Source: an uncultured Planctomycetota bacterium (GTDB lineage: Bacteria > Planctomycetota > JAJSAM01 > JAKLKS01). Taken from it: a DNA stretch of 64,000 nt. The notes under the pieces are model-generated. The model had not been told where the DNA came from, ran no database searches, and saw only the letters and a program-made list of their open reading frames with translations. This document shows, in pieces, positions 59,122 to 64,000 of this stretch. The stretch spans positions 74,039 through 138,038 of the forward strand of contig CAZSIX010000003.1 in NCBI GenBank assembly GCA_964607145.1. Direction: 5' to 3'. Every line of letters begins with the position of its first letter. Positions within the stretch are counted from its first letter, which is position 1. Position numbers and translations under genes: made by a program.

Positions 59122-60259
59122 GACCCGCATCGCCATCGCCGTCGCGGCCGTCGTCGTCGCCTCCGCGTGGACGCCGGCCCGCGCCGAGAGCCGGGCGGAG
59201 GAGGACGTGACGCCGCTGGCGCTCCTCCGCGTGGCCGACGCCGTCGTGGTCGCCGCCCCTGCGGCGGGCGGATCCGGTCTGGTCGTGGAGACGGCGCTCG
59301 TCGGTCCGCTGGCCGCCGGCTCCACCGTCGTCCCGCTGGACGAGGGGGGGCTCCGGCCCCTCGTCCCGCCCTCCGGCCGGGTGGTCGCCCTGCTGCGACG
59401 GAGCGGCGTCGAGGGGTGGGAGGTCCCCGGCGGCCCCCTCGGGTGGTTCCCCGCGGGCGAGGGTCCCGGCGGCGGCGCGGCCGCGGATCTCTTCCGCGCC
59501 CTCGCCGCGGCGCGCGAGTTGCCCGCTCCCGCGGCCCGGACGGCCGGCCAGCGGGCGGCGCTGGTGGCGGCGGTGCGCGACGGGGACGCCCGGCTGCGCG
59601 CGGGCGCCGCGCTGGACCTCCTCACGGACCCCGCGACCCTGGCGGACGCCACGGAGGCCGAGCGCGCCGCGCTCGCCGCCGCGTTCCGCGCCTGCGGACC
59701 CCGCGAGCGGGCCCGGGCCCACCTGGCGCCGATCCTCGGGCGCGTCCGGGCGCCCGGTGCCGCGGCGGATCTCCTCGGCGCGCTCGAGGGACCCGGGGGG
59801 GACGTGCTCGCCGCGCCCGTCGGCGCGGGCCTCGCCCTGCTCGAGGACCGTGCCGCCCTCGACGCCCTCGCGGCGCGCGCGGTGACCGTGGATCCCGGGA
59901 TGCGGCTCCGCGTGGCCGTCGCGCTGGCCGCGACGCGCCATGCCGCGGTCCGCCCGGCGCTGGCCTCCCTCCTCGGGGACGGAGACGTGCGGATCCGCCG
60001 CGAGGCGGCGACGGGCCTCGGCGCGCTCCGCTCCGCCGACGCGGCTCCGGCGCTGCTGGCCCGGTTCCTCGGGGAGGGCGCCGCCGCGGCGGAGTCCGCC
60101 GCGCCGGTCCGCCGCGCCCTGGCATGGGCCCTCGCCCAGTGCGACGCCCCGGAGGCGTGGACGGCGCTCCGCGACGCCGTCGAGCGGGACCCCGACGACG
60201 CGTTCCGGGCCTTCGTGCGGGACACCCTCGCGAACCCGCGCCGGGCGTTCGTCCGGTAG
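59111..60259 (+). CDS. Secreted HEAT-repeat protein, translationally coupled (11-nt overlap) to giant protein 2; paralog of the 43830..45038 gene
   Basis: ATG overlaps the 3' end of the giant gene. Signal peptide IAIAVAAVVVASAWTPARA. Ala/Arg/Leu HEAT-like repeats (DGDARLRAGAALDL, GDGDVRIRREAATGLG). Confidence 0.7.
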   Translation: MTSETRIAIAVAAVVVASAWTPARAESRAEEDVTPLALLRVADAVVVAAPAAGGSGLVVETALVGPLAAGSTVVPLDEGGLRPLVPPSGRVVALLRRSGVEGWEVPGGPLGWFPAGEGPGGGAAADLFRALAAARELPAPAARTAGQRAALVAAVRDGDARLRAGAALDLLTDPATLADATEAERAALAAAFRACGPRERARAHLAPILGRVRAPGAAADLLGALEGPGGDVLAAPVGAGLALLEDRAALDALAARAVTVDPGMRLRVAVALAATRHAAVRPALASLLGDGDVRIRREAATGLGALRSADAAPALLARFLGEGAAAAESAAPVRRALAWALAQCDAPEAWTALRDAVERDPDDAFRAFVRDTLANPRRAFVR

Positions 60260-60265
60260 GCCGAC

Positions 60266-60787
60266 GTGGAACGCGTGGAGGACGGGGAATCGGAGCTTGC
60301 GGGCCTCTTCGCGAGGTATCCGCCGGCGACGGCGGGGCTCGGGAAGGCGTTGCGCGCGAGGCTGCGGGATCGACTCCCCGGCCTGTTCGAGATCGTCTAC
60401 CTGTACGAGAGTCAGAACTCGCTCGTGATCTCGTATTCGCCCACGGAGCGCGGCTACGAGGGGCTGTGCTCCATCGCGCTGTACCCGGACAGGGCGCACC
60501 TGCACTTCGCTCAGGGTGCGCTGTTGTCCGAGTCGGATCCGAACCGACTGCTGCAGGGTCGCGGCAGGACGGTGCGTCACGTGGTGCTGCGGACGGTGGC
60601 GGACTTCGACCGCGCGGAGATCGAACGGCTGCTGGCGGCCGCGTTGAGGCTTGCGAAGATCCGCCTTGATCCGGGCGCGACGGGCGCGGTCATCTGCAGG
60701 GCGGCGGCCCAGAAGAGTCGCGCGCGCCGCACCGTGAAGAAGGGGCCATCGGCCTCCACCCGTCGGACGCGCCCGACCGGGCGGTGA
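60266..60787 (+). CDS. DUF1801 (YdhG-like) domain protein
   Basis: GTG start. The central region LFEIVYLYESQNSLVISYSP ... IALYPDRAHLHF matches the DUF1801 pattern. Assignment is from memory of the family. Confidence 0.55.
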   Translation: MERVEDGESELAGLFARYPPATAGLGKALRARLRDRLPGLFEIVYLYESQNSLVISYSPTERGYEGLCSIALYPDRAHLHFAQGALLSESDPNRLLQGRGRTVRHVVLRTVADFDRAEIERLLAAALRLAKIRLDPGATGAVICRAAAQKSRARRTVKKGPSASTRRTRPTGR

Positions 60788-60960
60788 CGGGGGGCCGTCG
60801 CCCGATCCGGACCGGCGGGAGGGACCGGCGCGCCGACGGGGTCGGGCTTCACGGGATCCCGGCCGCGGGGATGGGGCCGTGGAACGGCGGGCGCCGTGGC
60901 AGCGGGGGGACGTGCCGCGGCGTCCCGACCCCGCGGGCGTTCGGCTAGGATGCGCTGCCC

Positions 60961-62700
60961 GTGGATCATGCCCCCGAACTGCTGAGGCTTCTCGTCGTCG
61001 TCTTCGGCGTGGCGAGCGCCGTCATCGTCGTCTTCAGCCGGTTGAGCCTGCCGGCGGTCGCCGGACTCATCGCCGCGGGCATCGTGCTCGGCCCGGCGGG
61101 TCTCGGGGTCATCCACGAGCCCGACCGCATCGCCCTGCTGGCGGATGTCGGCGTGGTCCTCCTGCTCTTCACGCTGGGCCTGGAGTTCTCGCTGGCGCGG
61201 CTCCGGACGCTCTGGCGGTTCCTCGTGCTGGGCGGGGCGTCGCAGGTCCTCATCACGACGGCGGCGGCGGCGGGGATCGCGGCGCTCCTCGGTCTCCCGG
61301 CGGGCGCGGCGGTCTTCTGCGGTTGCGTCGTCGCCCTCTCCAGCACCGCCATCGTGCTGCGCGGGCTGGCCGAGCGCCGCGAACTGGACAGTCTCCACGG
61401 ACGTCTCATCGTGGGCGTCCTCGTGTTCCAGGACCTCTGCGTCGTCCCGATGATGCTGGCGGTCCCGTTCCTCGCCGGTCGCGGGGAGGGGGGTGCGCTC
61501 GGCATCGCGACGTTCCTGCTGAAGGCGGTCGCGGTGGTGGCGGGCGTCGTCGTGGCGTCCCGCTGGGTCGCCCCGCGCGCCCTCGGTGTCGTGGCGCGCA
61601 CGCGGAACCGCGAGGCGTTCATGATGACCACGGTCGTCGCCTGCGTGGGCGTGGCGTGGCTCACCTCCCTCGCCGGGCTCTCGCCGGCGCTGGGCGCGTT
61701 CCTCGCCGGCATCGTGGTCGCGGAGACCGAGTACGGCCACCAGGCCATGGCGGACATCCTCCCGTTCCGCGACACGCTCATGGCGCTCTTCTTCGTCTCG
61801 CTGGGCATGCTCCTCGACCGCTCCGTGGTGATGGATCGCTGGCCCGAACTGCTCGGGCTCACCGGCGGGATGGTGCTCCTCAAGGCCGCCATCGTCGCGG
61901 GCGTGGCGGCGGTGCTGCGGCTGCCCGTCCGGGTCGCCGTCACCGCGGGGCTCGCCCTGTCGCAGGTGGGCGAGTTCTCCTTCGTGCTCGCGCGCGAGGG
62001 GCAGTCCGCCGGACTGCTCGAGGTGCGTGACATGGACATCCTCCTCAACGCGGCGGTCGTGACGATGCTGCTGAGTCCGGTGTTCGTCCGTCTCGCGCCG
62101 CACGTCGTGGAGGGGGTGGGCGTCCTCCGGCCGCTGGGGCGCCTCCTCGGGTACCGGCCCGTGGAGGAGGCTCCGGAGGAGGCGGTGCGCGCGGTGGGCC
62201 ACGTGGTCGTGGGGGGCTACGGGATCGGCGGCCGGATCCTGGCGGCGGCGCTCCGGCGGTCCGCGGTGCCGTACGTCGTGGTGGAACTGAACCCCGACTC
62301 GGTGCGGGAAGGCGCCCGGCGCGGCGACCAGGTGTTCTACGGCGACACGACCGCCCGGGAAGTGCTGGAGGCGGCGGGCATCGACCGCGCCGCCGCCGTC
62401 GTGCTCCTGCTCGGGGACCGCGTCTCCACCGCCGCCGCCGTCCGGAGGTGTCGCGACGTGGCGCCCGAGGTGCCGGTCTTCGCCCGCGCCCGCTTCCTCG
62501 CCGATGCGGACGACCTGCGCACGGCGGGGGCCGCGGAGGCGGCCGCCGAGGAGGTCGAGGGCTCGCTGGCGGTGCTGCGCGACCTCTACGGCGCGCTGGG
62601 CCGCGGGGCCGAGGAGACCGACCTGCGCGTCGCGGAGACGCGGCGGGACGAGGGCCTCCGCAGGGAGCGGCGGCTCCCGCCCGGGGCGCGCATCTCGTAG
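60961..62700 (+). CDS. CPA2-family monovalent cation:proton antiporter (KefB/KefC-like) with C-terminal TrkA-N/RCK domain
   Basis: 12-13 TM helices with a GLEFSL motif. The Rossmann motif VVGGYGIGG in the C-terminal domain marks an RCK domain. GTG start. Confidence 0.85.
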   Translation: MDHAPELLRLLVVVFGVASAVIVVFSRLSLPAVAGLIAAGIVLGPAGLGVIHEPDRIALLADVGVVLLLFTLGLEFSLARLRTLWRFLVLGGASQVLITTAAAAGIAALLGLPAGAAVFCGCVVALSSTAIVLRGLAERRELDSLHGRLIVGVLVFQDLCVVPMMLAVPFLAGRGEGGALGIATFLLKAVAVVAGVVVASRWVAPRALGVVARTRNREAFMMTTVVACVGVAWLTSLAGLSPALGAFLAGIVVAETEYGHQAMADILPFRDTLMALFFVSLGMLLDRSVVMDRWPELLGLTGGMVLLKAAIVAGVAAVLRLPVRVAVTAGLALSQVGEFSFVLAREGQSAGLLEVRDMDILLNAAVVTMLLSPVFVRLAPHVVEGVGVLRPLGRLLGYRPVEEAPEEAVRAVGHVVVGGYGIGGRILAAALRRSAVPYVVVELNPDSVREGARRGDQVFYGDTTAREVLEAAGIDRAAAVVLLLGDRVSTAAAVRRCRDVAPEVPVFARARFLADADDLRTAGAAEAAAEEVEGSLAVLRDLYGALGRGAEETDLRVAETRRDEGLRRERRLPPGARIS

Positions 62701-62703
62701 TCC

Positions 62704-63471
62704 TCACCCCGACGTGTCGAGGACGATGAACTCCCGCCGGTCCGTGGAGCAGGTGTCGCAGTGGTCCGGCGGTGCGGTGCCCGGGAGGAACACGCGGAGG
62801 CAGCGGGGGCACTGCCACGTCACCGCCAGCATCCCCGTGTCGCCGGGCTCGGAACCCATGGCCTCGCCGGCGGCGAACAGGATGTCCGTCGTGCCCGGCG
62901 CCTGGACCTCGCCGGGAGCGGCGGCCATGCCGGGCTCGAGATCGACGTGGAGACCCTCGGCCACGCGGTTGATGTAGTTGAAGTAGGCCACGACCTGCGC
63001 GGCGTCGTGGATGGCGCGGTCGTCGTGGCCGGCGCGTCGGAGCGCGCGGACATCCTCCTCCCGCATGGATCCGGGGCGCAGGGTCAGTTTCTCCGCGAAG
63101 ACGCAGAGCGCGCGATCGCGCGCCTCCAGCGGCGCCGCGCGCCAGTCCTCGATGAGCGCCTCCGCCAGCGCCTCGCCCGCATCGCCCCCGACTTCCGACC
63201 GGAAGTCCGCCGCGTGGGCCGACGTTCAGTAGTGGCACCCGTTCACGGCGCTCGTCACCGTGGCCAGCATCTCGCGCTGGCGCCGCGACAGCGGCGAGGG
63301 CCCGAACATCAGCGCCAGGTAGAACTTCATGGACGCGTCCAGCACGCCCGGGTTGGGGCTCATCAGGCGCACGATCCCGAACACCTTGCCGGCCCGCTTG
63401 ATGGCGGCCTCGTAGTGGGCGCGGAGCGTGCCCTCCGCGTCGTCGTCGCCCACGGTGCGGATCCAGGCCAT
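62704..63471 (-). CDS. AhpD/carboxymuconolactone-decarboxylase (CMD)-family peroxidase-related protein; candidate selenoprotein (in-frame UGA at 63226..63228) with C-terminal Cys4 zinc-ribbon tail
   Basis: ATG 63471 with AGGAGG upstream; its ATGA overlaps the upstream gene's stop. N-terminus MAWIRTV...EA.G.L..HY is typical of this family. The active-site motif reads NGCHY-[TGA]-TSAH, i.e. CxxUxxxH in place of AhpD CxxCxxxH. The same frame stays open and protein-like for another 174 codons (..EEDVRALRRAGHDDRAIHDAAQVVAYFNYINRVAEGL..), ending CPRC...HCDTC. A perfect hairpin follows the TGA. Confidence 0.7.
63186..63212 (-). promoter_or_regulatory. Candidate bacterial SECIS hairpin downstream of the in-frame UGA
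   Basis: mRNA reads UGA-N18-GACUUCC-GGUC-GGAAGUC: a 7-8 bp perfect stem with a GGUC-type apical loop containing G and U, loop centre ~25 nt after the UGA. This fits the spacing and loop features of bacterial SECIS elements. Confidence 0.5.
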
Positions 63472-64000
63472 CAGTCCTCCTTGCCCGACGCCGCCGCGCC
63501 GCCGCCGGCGCCCGCGGGGCGCGCCCGCGGGGGCCGACGGAGCGCGGCCATCACGCCCGGATCGAACCGGACGAGGTAGGTCTCCAGGAATGCCGCCGTC
63601 TCGACCATGGCCGCCTCCAGCGCGGGAGTCGGCCCGGCGAACGGGTGCACGGCGTCGAAGGTGTGCTGCGTCCCCCGGAGGCCGCGGAACCGGGCGGGAC
63701 GACCGGCCGCGATGGCCCCCTCCACGAGGGAGCGCCCCTCGGCCACCGGCACGGAGGTGTCCTCCTCCCCGTGGATCACGAGGAGCGGACAGGCGAGGCC
63801 GGTCGCGGCGCGGGCCACGTCCAGTGCGGCCGCGCGGCGCTCGGCGTCGTCCAGGAACCCGACCCCGAGCGGGAGTTCCTCGCCGGTGCGCGTGTTGAGG
63901 ATGGGAAGGCGACCGAGCCGCCGCCACCGCTCCTTCTCCTCCGGCCGGAACCGATCGGCGCGCGACACGGGCGCCCACGCGGCGACGGCGGCGATGCCAT
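63471..64000 (-). CDS. Alpha/beta hydrolase (dienelactone-hydrolase-like), 5' end beyond window
   Basis: C-terminal hydrolase segment ..CPLLVIHGEEDTSVPV ... GTQHTF. The ORF is open to the window edge. Its stop overlaps the start of the downstream candidate selenoprotein. Confidence 0.6.
   Translation of the reverse strand, partial: GIAAVAAWAPVSRADRFRPEEKERWRRLGRLPILNTRTGEELPLGVGFLDDAERRAAALDVARAATGLACPLLVIHGEEDTSVPVAEGRSLVEGAIAAGRPARFRGLRGTQHTFDAVHPFAGPTPALEAAMVETAAFLETYLVRFDPGVMAALRRPPRARPAGAGGGAAASGKED

Noticed and set aside
55543-60225. 1560-aa minus-strand ORF antisense to giant gene 2 and its HEAT partner
   Set aside because: Arg/Ala/Ser/Pro low-complexity antisense artefact.
1-64000. 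CRISPR arrays, IS elements/transposases, integrases, rRNA
   Set aside because: No direct-repeat/spacer architecture, no DDE or tyrosine-recombinase-like ORFs, and no rRNA-like conserved stretches were seen on either strand.

Overview
This 64 kb window is very GC-rich (about 74-75%), with no rRNA, CRISPR array, transposase or integrase. The lineage is unknown; the protein repertoire loosely suggests a Gemmatimonadota- or Planctomycetota-like organism. I used the six-frame track only to anchor coordinates, because at this GC nearly every frame is open; most listed ORFs are antisense or alternate-frame artefacts. I support about 35 genes.

Genes called:
- partial HAMP adenylate cyclase
- GNAT + HisC-type aminotransferase fusion
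- Ada (Ada-Zn + AraC + MGMT)
- about 1465-aa membrane-anchored Ser/Thr kinase
- hypothetical gene with an apparent frameshift
- ExbD-like lipoprotein
- small membrane protein
- hypothetical protein and tRNA-Pro(GGG)
- two-gene operon joined by a GTGA stop/start overlap (secreted protein + beta-helix protein)
- about 1600-aa S8 subtilase with six tandem ~95-aa repeats and a C-terminal PPC domain
- cytochrome-c (CxxCH) fused to a DBH-like copper monooxygenase
- membrane-fused spermidine-synthase-like protein with TPR repeats
- 106-aa ORF in a low-GC islet
- M14 carboxypeptidase + EttA operon
- MFS transporter
- SBBP beta-propeller/FN3 secreted protein behind a candidate sigma-54 promoter
- TauE/SafE exporter
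- Tpx
- FAD-monooxygenase/Old-Yellow-Enzyme fusion
- tRNA-Met(CAT)
- threonine dehydratase
- DUF1801 protein
- KefB-type antiporter
- AhpD/CMD-family protein with an in-frame UGA (candidate selenoprotein)
- partial alpha/beta hydrolase

The most interesting region starts just downstream of tRNA-Met and runs about 22 kb (38.2-60.3 kb). It holds two paralogous cassettes. Each has a giant secreted protein with an N-terminal PPC-like domain, a long run of Ig-like repeats and a C-terminal HExxHxxG zincin-like domain. Each giant is translationally coupled to a secreted HEAT-repeat protein. Between the cassettes sit more secreted HEAT-repeat proteins, a DUF1570 zincin-like/TPR protein and a vWA protein. 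I found no characterised system matching this layout. All functions are inferred by reading motifs; no searches were run.
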